The notes: a model not told the origin generated them from the letters alone. Shown: positions 21,002 to 32,758, counted from the first letter of the stretch. The stretch is 64,000 nt of DNA from an uncultured Methanomicrobiales archaeon (GCA_963697895.1 OY969100.1:640001-704000), one strand, 5' to 3'. Program-made: numbers and translations.

Positions 21002-22254
21002 GCCACCTCGCGTGGATCCGTGATTCTGCCATATATCGCGCTCGCTACGGCCGTTGCAGGGGAACACAGATATACGGACGCCTCCGTACTCCCCTGCCTT
21101 CCCTTGAAGTTCCGGTTGGAGGTGGACAGGGATACTTCGCCCGGTGCGAGGAGGCCAAAAGCCCCCCCCATGCACGGACCGCAGCAGGGTGACTCGACGA
21201 GCGCTCCTGCCTTAACAAACCGCTCGATGAGACCTGCCCGGATTATCTTCAGGTATTCATCCCTGGAAGCGGGGATCATGATCACCCGTACGTCCCCGCT
21301 GAACTGGTGATTCCCCAGCACCTCCGCAGCCTCCCTGAAATCCTCGAACCGGCCGTTCGTGCATGAGCCGATGAAGACCTGATCGATATGCGTTCCCGCG
21401 ACCTCGGTGACGTCCACCCCCTGATCGACATTGTGCGGAATGGCAACCTGCGGGGCGAGATTACTCACGTCATATGACCGCTTACCGATGAATACCGCAT
21501 CCTCGTCGCTCTCCAGTTGAAACGGCGTTACTTCATCCCGCCGCCCTTTCAGATAGTTCCAGGTGGTTTTATCGGGCGCAACGATGCCTGCCTTGCCCCC
21601 CATTTCGATGGCCATGTTGGTGCAGGTCATCCGGCCGGCCATATCCAGGTGAGAAATGGTCTCCCCGGTAAACTCGATCGCCTGGTACGTCGCTCCATCG
21701 GCCCCGATATCGGAGGTAATTGCAAGGATCAGGTCCTTCGCCCCTACCCGGTGCTGAAATTTTCCCCGTACTTCAGCTCGGATCGTCTCCGGCACCCGGA
21801 AATATTGGGCCCCGAATTTGAGGACAAAACCCATATCTGTTGACCCTATACCGGTCGCAAAAGCTCCTGCAGCGCCATACATGCAGGTATGCGAGTCGGC
21901 TCCGACCACGATCTCCCCCGGGGCGACCCACCCTTTCTCCATAACCACCTGGTGGCAGACTCCTTCCCGGATGTCGTAATTATGGATGGACTGTTCCCGG
22001 GCAAATTTTCGCATAAACAACTGATTTTCTGCTGCCGGAATGGAATCGGCCGGTATCTGATGGTCAAAGAGCATGATGATCCTCTTCGGATCAAAGACCT
22101 TATCGCCATCCATCTCCCGAAATTTCTGGATCGCAAGGGGCCCGGTGATATCATGGATCATTGCTGCGTCGACCGGTGCCATCACTACTTCACCGGCATG
22201 AACTTCCTTCCCGCACCTGGATGAAAAGATCTTCTCCGAAATTGTCGCTCCCAT
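20998..22254 (-). CDS. leuC: Isopropylmalate isomerase large subunit
   Basis: GVCHQV, GADSHTC, IGSCTNGR, CGPCMG and SNRNFKGRQG aconitase-family motifs. Confidence 0.82.
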   Translation of the reverse strand: MGATISEKIFSSRCGKEVHAGEVVMAPVDAAMIHDITGPLAIQKFREMDGDKVFDPKRIIMLFDHQIPADSIPAAENQLFMRKFAREQSIHNYDIREGVCHQVVMEKGWVAPGEIVVGADSHTCMYGAAGAFATGIGSTDMGFVLKFGAQYFRVPETIRAEVRGKFQHRVGAKDLILAITSDIGADGATYQAIEFTGETISHLDMAGRMTCTNMAIEMGGKAGIVAPDKTTWNYLKGRRDEVTPFQLESDEDAVFIGKRSYDVSNLAPQVAIPHNVDQGVDVTEVAGTHIDQVFIGSCTNGRFEDFREAAEVLGNHQFSGDVRVIMIPASRDEYLKIIRAGLIERFVKAGALVESPCCGPCMGGAFGLLAPGEVSLSTSNRNFKGRQGSTEASVYLCSPATAVASAIYGRITDPREVA

Positions 22255-22461
22255 GCACAATCGCATATATAGTCGGTGTCGGAGGTTTTCTAGGTTTGGG
22301 GGGCAGGTTGGATGCACCGTGGCCGGGAAGCCTCACTCAGTTTTGCAGGAAACGTTGGAATTCTTCTTCTTATATGCATCCCATCGAGGCATAATTACCA
22401 ATATTCCCGCAATTAAAGGAAAATATTTAAATTTCGATACCTAACAGGAGGATGATCTATT

Positions 22462-23187
22462 ATGCCAAAGAAGATTCAATTCATCGCTTTTGCCATAGTC
22501 CTTCTCATGGCCATTGTCATATCTCCGGTCATGGCGCAGAACGATACCAAGGACAGGGTGATTACGACATCGGCCACGGGTGAGGTGCTGGTTGCCCCTG
22601 ACATGGCACAGATCTCTGTCGGCGTTCAGACCCAGAGTCCGGATGTCAGGGTGGCTCAGGCGGAAAATGCCATAATAATGGACAATCTGGTGAACGCACT
22701 CCTCGGAGCGGGAATAGCGAAGGATGACATCCAGACGTCCGGATATTCGATCTATCCGGTTTATGAAAGTAACCCGATGGGACTCACCCCGAAGATTCAG
22801 TATTATCAGGTGACGAACACCGTCCAGATCACAGTCCGCGACGTGAACCGTGTCGGTGAAATTATAGATATTGCGGTCTCTAACGGGGCCAATCAGGCAA
22901 ATGGGATCTCTTTTACCTTAAGCGATGAAAAGGCGAGGGCGGTCCGGAATGTTGCGTTGCAGGAGGCGGTTGTACAGGCGAAAGCGGATGCGGATACCGT
23001 CGCCGCTGCAACCGGAGTCCAGATCCTCGGAGTCAGGGATATATCTGTCGGTGCCAGTTACCCGCCGATCAGATACGACAGCTACTCGGCGGCTGGCTCC
23101 GGAATCTCGCAGAAGGTTCCGACACCGATAGAACCGGGCCAGATCACCGAAAGCGCACAGGTCACGATCACCTACCTGATCCAGTAG
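22462..23187 (+). CDS. SIMPL/DUF541-domain secreted protein
   Basis: Signal peptide; GEVLVAPDMA, DIQTSGYSIYP and PIEPGQ motifs. Confidence 0.85.
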   Translation: MPKKIQFIAFAIVLLMAIVISPVMAQNDTKDRVITTSATGEVLVAPDMAQISVGVQTQSPDVRVAQAENAIIMDNLVNALLGAGIAKDDIQTSGYSIYPVYESNPMGLTPKIQYYQVTNTVQITVRDVNRVGEIIDIAVSNGANQANGISFTLSDEKARAVRNVALQEAVVQAKADADTVAAATGVQILGVRDISVGASYPPIRYDSYSAAGSGISQKVPTPIEPGQITESAQVTITYLIQ

Positions 23188-23309
23188 ACGCCGTGAATCC
23201 TCCTCATTTTTTTTATAAAAAATCCAAAGAAATGTTTTTTCCGGTAATCGGATGGACATATACCAATTTATTTAATGATCGGTGGGGATATGCTATAACG
23301 GACTTATAA

Positions 23310-23762
23310 ATGGAACGAAACATCGGATTTAAAGAACGAAGATATATCGAGGAATTACGCATACTCACGAAATCCATTGCATTGGATTGTGTCATCGACG
23401 AACGGTTTGAAAGAGTGGTATACGTGATTAAAAAAGGGGATATGGGACTGGCGATCGGAAAAAAAGGAGATAATATAAAGCGCATGCAGAATGTCCTCGG
23501 GAAACGCATCGAAATGGTTGAATATTCTGAAGATTTGACCGAATTTATTGAAAATATATTCAAACCTGCCGAGATAACCCGCGTGGAAAAGGACCCGGGA
23601 ACCGGAGAGATCAACGTATACGTGAAGAAAAAAGGGGATCTCGGCATCGCAATCGGCAAGGGCGGTTGTACTATTGAAAAAGCACGGATCCTGGCCAGAC
23701 GATTCGCCGGGGAGGAGATAGGGGAGGTCCTTGTTGCCGGGGAGGATGAGTCAGATGCCTGA
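23310..23762 (+). CDS. nusA: Archaeal NusA-like KH-domain protein
   Basis: Two KH GxxG motifs: GLAIGKKG and GIAIGKGG. Confidence 0.85.
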   Translation: MERNIGFKERRYIEELRILTKSIALDCVIDERFERVVYVIKKGDMGLAIGKKGDNIKRMQNVLGKRIEMVEYSEDLTEFIENIFKPAEITRVEKDPGTGEINVYVKKKGDLGIAIGKGGCTIEKARILARRFAGEEIGEVLVAGEDESDA

Positions 23763-24066
23763 CAGGGATATTCTCAATGAAATCTGGGCGGTGATCAATG
23801 ATCGATTCGAACATCCCCAAGAAGGATCCTATATAACTCAGCTTATCGCGGATGAGAAAGGGATTGACCGGATGCTGGAGAAGGTAGGGGAGGAATCGAC
23901 AGAATTTGTCATCGCCGTGAAGAACGGGAGACCTGACCGGATCCGATCAGAAGCGGCGGACCTGCTCTTTCATCTCCTGGTCGCACTCCGTGCATCCGGT
24001 GTAGATATGAAAGATCTTATGGAAGAGCTGGAAAAAAGACGCGGGATGCGTCACCCGAAAAAGTAG
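23755..24066 (+). CDS. hisE: Phosphoribosyl-ATP pyrophosphohydrolase
   Basis: GSYITQL, KVGEESTE and EAADLLFHLLV. Alternative start at 23746. Confidence 0.9.
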   Translation: MPDRDILNEIWAVINDRFEHPQEGSYITQLIADEKGIDRMLEKVGEESTEFVIAVKNGRPDRIRSEAADLLFHLLVALRASGVDMKDLMEELEKRRGMRHPKK

Positions 24067-24522
24067 CTGTTCAGGTCAACGAGCTCGGGTAGATCGCTTT
24101 TTTTCACGGAAGAACCCTCCACGACCCGCGGATCGATGACGATATCGGCACCATAACGAAGAGCCAGCGCAATACCGTCACTGGGTCTGCAATCGAGCGT
24201 TTCCTCCTGATCTTCACGCATGAGCGAAAGAGTGGCATAATAAATGCCCTCTTCCAAGGTATCGATATACAGACTCCTGAGCTCTGATTCCGAAGGTACC
24301 GAGAAGCTCCACAAACAAGTCATGCGTGAGCGGGCGTGGGGACAACTCACGGTTCAGGGCATTATTGATCGAGATTGCTTCCCAGAGGCCGATGTAAATA
24401 GGAAGACATGCATCGCCATCCAATCCGAGAATCACCGCCGGAGACGCACCGGTATCGTTTAATGCAACAAATACTCCCTGTATCGTACATCGGATCGGGT
24501 CATTGTCCGCGATAAAGGTCAA
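24051..24522 (-). CDS. Bifunctional nuclease family (DUF151), frameshift near 24285
   Basis: LPIYIGLWEA and RPLTHDL in one frame; YYATL and DCRPSDGIALA in the next. Confidence 0.82.
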
Positions 24523-24608
24523 CTCCCTTCATCTGGTATATCTCGTTTGTGTTCATATAATGGGTCGCATAATTGCAGATATTCAGGACAACGTGCAGAT
24601 ACCGCTGA

Positions 24609-25181
24609 TCAGAGAGTGAAAATATCACGGGTACCCGTCACCCGGAAGAGTCCCGCCTGAATGCCCGTATCCAGCCAGGCATACCCGTAACTGAAACAGA
24701 ATAATGCGGGGTGAAATCCATCAATCGCCATAAACAGCCTCCCGTACCGGTGAAAAAACTCCGCAGTGGAAAGGAATCTGTCTGCACCCGCATGGAGAGG
24801 AGTCCCGGATTCCGGAGCGATCTCCAGCGAACGGAGAGCGAGATCAAGGAGCCGATCGTACCGCTCCACCTTCTCGGACAGGAATCCGGACTGTTCAGAA
24901 GGTATATGGATTGCGGCGAAGAGGTCGATGGCCCGTTTCCCTGTACACGAAATTAGCCCCAGGCAGTATCCGGCATCCAGCCATCCGAGCCCATATGCCG
25001 CACTTCCAAGGCCGTTTACCCGGTCACCTTTCTCGATAAACAGCCTCCCGTCACTCTCGTATGCCACGGCCATTTCACGGATCCGGCAGGCCGCGTCATA
25101 GAGAAGTGTTCGTTCCTGCACCCGGATTCCGACCGTATCGACCCGGGCCCGGAGTTCCCCGATACAGACATCAGCTGAACA
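24609..25181 (-). CDS. Tandem DUF357-domain protein (start uncertain; in frame with the Dph5 tail)
   Basis: Two copies of the motif AYxxDGxxF...YGxGWLDAG (YGLGWLDAG and YGYAWLDTG). Confidence 0.75.
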   Translation of the reverse strand, partial: CSADVCIGELRARVDTVGIRVQERTLLYDAACRIREMAVAYESDGRLFIEKGDRVNGLGSAAYGLGWLDAGYCLGLISCTGKRAIDLFAAIHIPSEQSGFLSEKVERYDRLLDLALRSLEIAPESGTPLHAGADRFLSTAEFFHRYGRLFMAIDGFHPALFCFSYGYAWLDTGIQAGLFRVTGTRDIFTL

Positions 25182-25929
25182 TAATCCTGCGAACATTTCG
25201 AGATATGCCCGTTCCATGTGATGCAGCCTCCCCGGGATGACCAGGATATGCAGGGGTGGACCGAAATCGATCTGTACTCAGATGGTCTGCAGTTCCTGCA
25301 GCGATGAGTGGCAGAGGGGAGCCCGCCCGCGCGATACCGACGTACAGGGGAATTTCGCATCCCGTTTTCGTTATGTTCTCTTGGATCAATGCAAGCGCCT
25401 CCGGGATCGTCATGTACCGTTCGTCCTGGATATCCAGATAAACGAGCGTATGGAGGTCGATGGAGAGATTCTGTGCGATGACTTCCACGGGAGTCAACGG
25501 GAACCATTTCCCGTGGGGGAACGGGAGGGAACACGATCTGCCGAACCGGTAATTCTGGAGACCCGTAAGACCGCATACCGCCGTCTGTATGGAAGCTCCA
25601 TGGATAATCGTCGTATCTATGCCCTTTTCATGCGCACGCATCCGAAGATCGATATGTGTCGTCGATACCATGGGATCCCCCCCGGTGAGAAATGCGACCA
25701 GGGAATCTTGTGCACAGACTAGCATTTCATCGGGGTTTTGCTCGACATTCTCGCGGGAAAGAACATGGACGGATTTTCCATAAAAGCGTATCATCTCCGG
25801 GAGATCAGTTCCCATAAGACGTGAGGTGTAAGATTCGAGATAGACGCGATCTGCCTGACGAATGCAGAGAAGCCCTTTTTCAGAGATGTCCGTAAGGTCG
25901 TACAGACCAAGACCGATGAAGACGAGCAT
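25182..25929 (-). CDS. dph5: Diphthine synthase, frameshift near 25272
   Basis: [31 protein letters not shown] and HTLVYLDI. The conserved tail [21 protein letters not shown] appears in the shifted frame. Confidence 0.9.
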
Positions 25930-26046
25930 ACCAAATCCCGGGTGTGTTGACGATGTATCCCCGTTAAACGGACCTCACTCCTTCCTCCCGTATGCTTAGG
26001 GAGTAAAAGCAAAGGAATCAGGTAAATCGCCAGGTATATGGTACGA

Positions 26047-27898
26047 TCATGACATCAGGAAGTTTATAAGAGCTCCGATGCCGATGCCCAATGCAACGGT
26101 GTAGAAGGAAACCAGCAACGCAATCCGTAATCCCATTTCCCGTGAAAGGACTGCGACGGTCGATATGCAGGGTATGAACAGGTACAGAAACGATCGCAAA
26201 GATATAGAGCTGAAGCGAGGTCATCACCGTGCTGAGGTCCGCAGTTCCGGAGAGGATTACCAGCGTCTCGAGTGCCATCTCTTTTCGGAAAATACCGAAG
26301 ATAAGTGCTGTTGTTGCATATGGCGGCAGGCCGAGGAGCCATCCTGAAACCGGAGCAAGCATGGCCTGGACCCCGGTGACAACCCCGAAATACTGGAGTG
26401 TCCCGAGCAGGATACTCGTAATAAGGAGGAGCGGCATGGCGATTATAAGGAATTCCCGTATCCGCATCCATGATTTCCGGAGAACATTCCCCGGTTTCGG
26501 GCGCCGGAGCGGAGCCAGCTCGAGGATCATTCCGACCTGTTCGCCGGGGGCGATGCGCCCGAGAACCAACGCGGTCAGTACGATGAGGATAAACACGATG
26601 ATATACACACTGAGAGCCGCGAACAGACCGACAAATGTTGCCAGGATCCCTGCGATGATCACCGCCCTTCCGGAGCAGGGAATGAGTGTCACGAGAAATG
26701 AAGCGATTATTCGTTCACGCCGGGTCGAGAGAAGGCGGATGTTCATGATCGCCGGCACGGTGCATCCGAAACCCAGCACCATGGGGATAATTGCCTGGCC
26801 GTGCAACCCCATCCGGTGCATCGACCGGTCGGCAAGGAATGCCGCACGAGTCAGGTATCCGGAGTCCTCGAGAACGGCGATGAAGATATAGAACGTGAAG
26901 ATGAACGGAAGCGCGATACCGAGCCCTGCCTGGAGTGCGAGAATGACAGAGGTTCCCAGCTGGTCGGCGAACGGGGGCAGGCCCAGAGCGAGAAACGGCT
27001 CAAGGACGAAGACATTGAGTGCCCACACAATGACCTGTTCGAAGTATGAACCGATCAGGAAAACGGCAAGAAGCATCGAGATCAGGATTATGACGAGGAT
27101 AGGAATCCCCGGGAAACTTGACGTCAGAATCGGCTCCAGATCAAACCGGCGGGGGTGCTCGTGTCGATGGAGGGTCTCATCGGTGATAGAACGTGCATAG
27201 TTGTGCCGGTTGATGGCAATGATCTGATCAACCGACATATGATGCCGCTCTTCTATCTTGCGGGAAAGGAGGGAGGCTGCTTCCACCAGTTCCGTATCCG
27301 CGCCGACACCCTGAAGGGCCTGCAAGGCCGCCAGCCTTCCCATCCCATAAGTGGCACCCAGACTCTTCACTGCGGCCTCTATATGGTGATCATAATCAAT
27401 GACGATCGCCGGTCTTTTTGCCCGTTCCCGGGCAGCTGCAATGATCTGGTCGATATTCTGTCCCTGTATCGCAGCAGTCGGGATCACTTCAACTCCCAGC
27501 CGATCGGAAAGCCTTCCATAATCGATCGACAGACCCTGTTTCTCTGCCTCATCGATCATGTTCACCACGACGATCATGGGAAGATCGTATTCTGCGACCT
27601 CCACGAGGAGATACAGGTTCCGCTCCAGGTGCGTGGCATCGATGACTGAGATAATTACATCAGCTTGTTTTTCTTCGAGAAAATGACGCACCAGTTGTTC
27701 TTCCGGGGAAAGACCCTCCAGTGAATAGATGCCCGGGAGGTCTACGAGTTCGAACCGTTCCCGTTTGAAACAGGTACTCCCTGTCGCGAGGCCGACCGTC
27801 GTTCCCGCATAATTGCTCACCTCGACTCCCAGGCCGGTCAGCTGGTTAAAAATAAGTGATTTACCGACATTCGGGTTGCCGACGAGACCGAATTTCAT
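26047..27898 (-). CDS. feoB: Ferrous iron transporter B, frameshift near 26182
   Basis: GNPNVGKS, DLPGIYSL, NMID, LEDSGY and GFGCTVP. The restored tail LFIPCISTVA...NFLMS ends at 26047. Confidence 0.92.
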
Positions 27899-28539
27899 TT
27901 TTGGATCTCCACGAGGATCGATGCGGCAACCGTTGCACCCAGCGCAATATCACACCCCTTGACGAGGACAACAACTGCATTGCTTCCCAGCTTGCGTAAG
28001 AGGCGGATCTTCTCACCTGGGATAATGCCGAGGTCCATCAGGCGTTTCACTTTCCCTCTTCCCCCGGCGATATCCACAACGCAAAGTTCATCCCCCTCGT
28101 TGAAGTCGGTAATACGTCTTACTCCACGGGTTATTGTGTCAACCGGACCCGATCGGATGCACCTGGCTGTAACCGGCCCTTCCAGGTAAGAGCCGAGCCG
28201 GTCTATCGTCTCGTCGGAGATCGAATGCTCGAGGACGCATGCCTCATCAGACGCCTTCTCAGGTTCGACACCGAGTATCTCAGTAAGGAAACACTGGAGA
28301 AGACAATGTTTCCGAATCACCCGTTCTGCAGTCTCAGCACCCGCAGAAGTCAGATCTACCGTTCCTGGGGGAAGGGAGATGAGGTCACCGGTATCCATGA
28401 GTTCGTTAATTTCTTCTGCGACTTTTCCAGAGTCTTCCTTCAGGCATATTGCGATCTCATCGATGGACGGAGCCCTCTGCAGGGAGCGACGGAGTGAGAG
28501 GATCTTCTCCAGATAATCTTCCCGCTCAGAGGGTAGCAT
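27895..28539 (-). CDS. DtxR/MntR-family metal-dependent repressor with C-terminal FeoA domain
   Basis: EDYLEKI, RKHCLLQCFL and EACVLEHSIS, then KRLMDLGIIPG (FeoA-like); overlaps the feoB start. Confidence 0.88.
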   Translation of the reverse strand: MLPSEREDYLEKILSLRRSLQRAPSIDEIAICLKEDSGKVAEEINELMDTGDLISLPPGTVDLTSAGAETAERVIRKHCLLQCFLTEILGVEPEKASDEACVLEHSISDETIDRLGSYLEGPVTARCIRSGPVDTITRGVRRITDFNEGDELCVVDIAGGRGKVKRLMDLGIIPGEKIRLLRKLGSNAVVVLVKGCDIALGATVAASILVEIQK

Positions 28540-28652
28540 GCATATATATCTGCGATTTCCCTATCTTATGAATTTTGATAGATCCCCTTCTTTTTTCTCT
28601 CAAATCGACGGACGTACCAACCATTATTATCGCCCCGACGCGAATCAGTACC

Positions 28653-30341
28653 ATGGATGTCACCAACAAGCAGGTGGCAGATCTTCTCACCCTTGCAGGC
28701 CAGCTCCTCGAGATAGAGGGGGAGAATGTCTTCAAAATAAGAGCATTTTACCGTGCTGCCGATGTGGTCGATCGGCTGGCATTACCGGTCATCTCGCTCC
28801 AGGAAGAGGAACTTGTCAGGATTCCCGGTATAGGAAAGAATATTTCCCAAAAAATTGGCGAAATACGTGATACGGGAACATTCGCCGAGCTGGAGACATT
28901 GAAGCAGGGAATTCCCGGACCGATCCTTGAACTGCTCAAACTGGAGGGTATTGGCCCGAAAACCGTAAACAAACTGTGGAAAAAACTGAACATACAGAGC
29001 ATCGACGACCTTGAACGGGCTGCAAAAGGACATCGTATCCGGGCGATCAAAGGATTCGGAGAGAAAAAAGAGGCAGGATTCCTCGCTGCAATAGAACGGT
29101 ACCGTGAGCAGGCCGGCCGGATGAACAGATTTGAGGCGGATGAAGTCGTCTCACGCGTGGAGCCGGTAATGCAACCCGGCACATTCGAAGTGGCCGGCAG
29201 TTACCGCCGGGGCAAGAGTACCATCGGCGATATTGATATCGTTTCCAAAGAAACCCCCGGAATTCTGAATCCACGGCTGAGGCAGATCGCGGATGAGATG
29301 ATCGATGAGGGAGACCGGAAGACTTCTTTTCGCTGCCTGGGAAAGCGGGTGGATGTCCGGTTCGCCAGGGCGAAACAATTCGGTTCCATGCTCGTGTATC
29401 TGACGGGGTCGAAGGCGTTTAACATCCGGCTCAGGCAGTTGGCAATCGGGAAAGGGTATAAACTGAACGAGTATGGGATCGAAGAGCAGGCAACCAATAT
29501 CCTCCATGAATTTCCGGAAGAGAAGGATCTTTTTTCTTTTCTGGGACTTGATTATATTCCACCCGAGATCCGGGAAGATTGGGGGGAGGTCGAACGGGCG
29601 ATCCATCACCGGCTCCCGGCACTCATCGAGACAGCCGACATCCGGGGGGACCTGCACGTGCACAGCAACTGGAGTGACGGACAACTCAGCCTGGAAGAGC
29701 TTGCACATACGGGCGCCCTGCTCGGGTACGAATATCTCATCTGTTCGGACCATTCCGCAAGCCTTGGCATCACTCACGGTCTCGATGAAGACGGGGTCAG
29801 GAAACAAATCCAGGAGATAGAACTCATTAACCGGGACTCGGCCTGCAGGCTTCTTTCAGGAACCGAGGTCGATATTCTCAGCGATGGTTCATTGGGACTC
29901 CCTAATGAGATATTAAAGGATCTCGATCTTGTCATCGCATCCGTCCATTCCGGGTTGAAACAGGATCGGGATCAGATGACAAGGAGAGTGATCTCAGCGA
30001 TAGAGAATGAGCATGTGGATATCATTGGTCATCCCACCGGAAGGCTGCTCGGGAAACGGGCGGCTTATGATATCGACCTGCCCCGGGTCATAGAACAGGC
30101 AGCAGACACCGGAACCGCGATCGAGTGCAATGCATCACCGTACCGGTTGGATCTGGATGATGTCTATATCAAACAGGCGATCGAGATGGGCGTGAAGATA
30201 GCGATCGGGACCGATGCCCATAATGCGGCAGAGTTTGCCCAGATCCGGTATGGAATTATAACGGCACGGCGGGGATGGTGCACGAGGGATGATGTGCTCA
30301 ATACGATGACGGAACAGGAGCTCCTTACATGGGCTCATTGA
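28653..30341 (+). CDS. polX: DNA polymerase X / PHP phosphoesterase
   Basis: HhH motifs, AGSYRRGK..GDID and YLTGSK; PHP motifs DLHVHS, DHS, HPTGR and TDAH. Confidence 0.93.
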   Translation: MDVTNKQVADLLTLAGQLLEIEGENVFKIRAFYRAADVVDRLALPVISLQEEELVRIPGIGKNISQKIGEIRDTGTFAELETLKQGIPGPILELLKLEGIGPKTVNKLWKKLNIQSIDDLERAAKGHRIRAIKGFGEKKEAGFLAAIERYREQAGRMNRFEADEVVSRVEPVMQPGTFEVAGSYRRGKSTIGDIDIVSKETPGILNPRLRQIADEMIDEGDRKTSFRCLGKRVDVRFARAKQFGSMLVYLTGSKAFNIRLRQLAIGKGYKLNEYGIEEQATNILHEFPEEKDLFSFLGLDYIPPEIREDWGEVERAIHHRLPALIETADIRGDLHVHSNWSDGQLSLEELAHTGALLGYEYLICSDHSASLGITHGLDEDGVRKQIQEIELINRDSACRLLSGTEVDILSDGSLGLPNEILKDLDLVIASVHSGLKQDRDQMTRRVISAIENEHVDIIGHPTGRLLGKRAAYDIDLPRVIEQAADTGTAIECNASPYRLDLDDVYIKQAIEMGVKIAIGTDAHNAAEFAQIRYGIITARRGWCTRDDVLNTMTEQELLTWAH

Positions 30342-30970
30342 TCTACTGGATGTACGAACGGCGGTTGATCGGGCAGCTGACCACCCTTCCCCGGCAGATC
30401 TGTTTCTTCATCACCGCCGGTGATATGAGAGATGCCCCGGGAAAATTACTGGAATGCACCAACTGGTGCCGTGAAATATCCGAAGTGGTTAAAAAAAGGG
30501 CTATAGAAGGGGCTTCATCCGAGATCCTCGGGATCACGTATCATATCAGCACAACTGAACCGGCAGGCCTCGAGCCCTGCCTTCCTCAGATCAGGAAGAT
30601 AGCCTCTGTTGCGCGACTAATTTTGCACATTGGCGACACAGAAGAGATCCGGGGAGACGGGATCCCGGTAACGGTGGCGATCGGGAAGAGTGGGCGGGAC
30701 GAGATCATCGGGTGCATCCGACGGATGGCAGCTGATGGGATCACCCCGGAACAGGTCGATGAAAATCGGATCGAACCTTATCTGACCTTCCCGTACACAC
30801 CGGATCTCGTGATAAAGACCGGGGGGAATCACCTCACTGACTTTCTGATCTGGCAGTCGGTCTATTCCGAACTCTTCTTCCTGGATGTGAACTGGAAGAC
30901 CCTCCGGAAGGTAGATTTCCTTCGTGCCCTCCGGGACTATCAGTCGCGGGTGCGGCGATTCGGTAAATGA
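30329..30970 (+). CDS. cis-prenyltransferase-like protein lacking the catalytic N-terminal motif (Nus1/NgBR-like subunit)
   Basis: PDLVIKTG, LTDFLIWQSVYSEL and C-terminal RRFGK; no DGNRR. Confidence 0.78.
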   Translation: MGSLIYWMYERRLIGQLTTLPRQICFFITAGDMRDAPGKLLECTNWCREISEVVKKRAIEGASSEILGITYHISTTEPAGLEPCLPQIRKIASVARLILHIGDTEEIRGDGIPVTVAIGKSGRDEIIGCIRRMAADGITPEQVDENRIEPYLTFPYTPDLVIKTGGNHLTDFLIWQSVYSELFFLDVNWKTLRKVDFLRALRDYQSRVRRFGK

Positions 30971-31007
30971 TCACCCGATGCGTGGATACCCTGAAAGGCC
31001 CGGATCC

Positions 31008-31792
31008 TCATGAAAGATGTGGCATGGGTTTGGGGGACGATTCCACCCGTTGAGAGTAGACCCTGACCGCCCTGAGCAGGTCGATCCGTCGGAACATCGG
31101 CCAGTATGGCGCACAGAAATATACCGCTGATTCATGTCCGTTCGCAAGCCACGGAAGAAAATTAGAGGTCCTGAATTCGTTCCCCGTCCGGATGATCAGA
31201 TCGACCGGAGGAAGTTGCATTCCGCCATTCAGGTGCCGCTCCACCAGCCCTTCATCGATATCCGCGGGAGTATACACTCCTGATCGTATCTCATCGAGAA
31301 TCTCCCGGATCGCAGACACGATCTCGTTCCGTCCTCCATACGCCAGGGCGATGTTCAGATAATAGTCATGATATCCGGCTGTCGCCGATTCTGCCGCATC
31401 GATCGCCGCAAGCAAATCCGGGGGAAGCCGTGATCGATCCCCGACCATCTGGACCCGGATATGGTAGCGGTGCACCCGCTCATCTTTGAGCACCCGTTCG
31501 AATTTCTCTTTGAAGAGGGCAAAGAGGTCCGATATTTCGGTTGTATCCCGGTTAAAGTTCTCCGTTGAAAATGAGTAGAGGGTGATATATCTGATCCCGA
31601 CTCTCTGGCCCAGTCGAGCAGCTCTTCGGTTTTATCGGCCCCCGCACGATGCCCTTCCACTTTGTTGATCCCGGCAAGGCGGGCAAACCGCCGGTTTCCG
31701 TCCTGAATAATCGCAATATGTTGTGGTATAAAACGGCATTGTTTCAGGAGCGTTCGTACGTAAATCGGCTCGATAAAGCGTCTTGATATCAA
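31008..31792 (-). CDS. uppS: cis-prenyltransferase (polyprenyl diphosphate synthase), frameshift near 31600
   Basis: HIAIIQDGNRR and GHRAG in one frame, then YSFSTENF, AYGGRNE and DLIIRTG..RTSNFLPW in the next. Confidence 0.88.
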
Positions 31793-32758
31793 AGCGGGGT
31801 CACCTCGACGATCATCCCGTGGTCCGGATACCGTTCCAGAACGTATTTCTTCCCGGGTAATTCATCCGCATATTCGGTAAGGAGCCACCACGCCATATCA
31901 ATATGGTCCCCGCAGTCTTCATACATCCCTTCATCAAGCATTAAAATTTTCTGATCCGGGTTCTCCTTCTCGAGGACTCCATATACAATGGTGCCGTCAT
32001 CGGTGATCTCGTCAAACGGGCGTGCCGTATTTGAGGCGATCCGGATCAGGCGTTTCCTGAGTTGCACGGAATCCTTGAAACTTGAGGGGCACCAGTGAAC
32101 TTTTTCATACCGGCAGAGATCCGATGCCCATTCACGGGCGCCGTAGATTGCATTGTGCACACCGTCGGAGAACGAAAGTCCCCTCTTCCGCATCTCGTCC
32201 GCATTCGTGTCTCCCCATTCCAGCTCGTTGATATTGAGAAAATCAAGTTCCGGGAGTATCGGGATGAGTTCCGCCAGCCCCGGGAGGGCTGGTACCTCTA
32301 TCCCAATCGAAAAACCCATCTCCCGTGCATCACGGGCGGTCAGGAAGAACGGACTCGACAAAATTGACGGCCATTCTTCGGACGGAGGGTGGAGGCGTAT
32401 CTCGTCGACGAAACCCGTGAGAGCGCTGAGTTCTTCAACGGTAAGCGCACGCCCGGTATAAAGGTGTATATGATGTTCGTCTCCGAATTCCCGCTTCAGG
32501 AGACGGCAGCTGTTCACCACACGGTCGAGGCGGAGGAGAGGCTCTCCACCGGTGACACCCGTTCCCAGTGCGTCCATCCGGTGTGCTTCCCGGATAATGT
32601 CCTCGACAGACTGAACATTCCCGGTCGTTCGCGAAGATCACATCCTTTCCTTTCCGTTCACGGGATAGAGGACAATACCAGCAGGAACGATCGCACCGGC
32701 CGGTGATGAAGAGTACCATTTTGGCGCCCTCATGGCAGAGCTGACATCCCGTGCTCAT
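31789..32758 (-). CDS. Radical SAM protein (archaeal, uncharacterised), frameshift near 32611
   Basis: [24 protein letters not shown], then TGGEPL, HLYT, DEIRLHP and NINELE. Confidence 0.85.

Noticed and set aside
19404-22254. aksDEF (coenzyme B homoaconitase pathway)
   Set aside because: The small-subunit loop FLIL lacks the Arg of the YLRT homoaconitase signature. leuCDB is preferred, though not proven.
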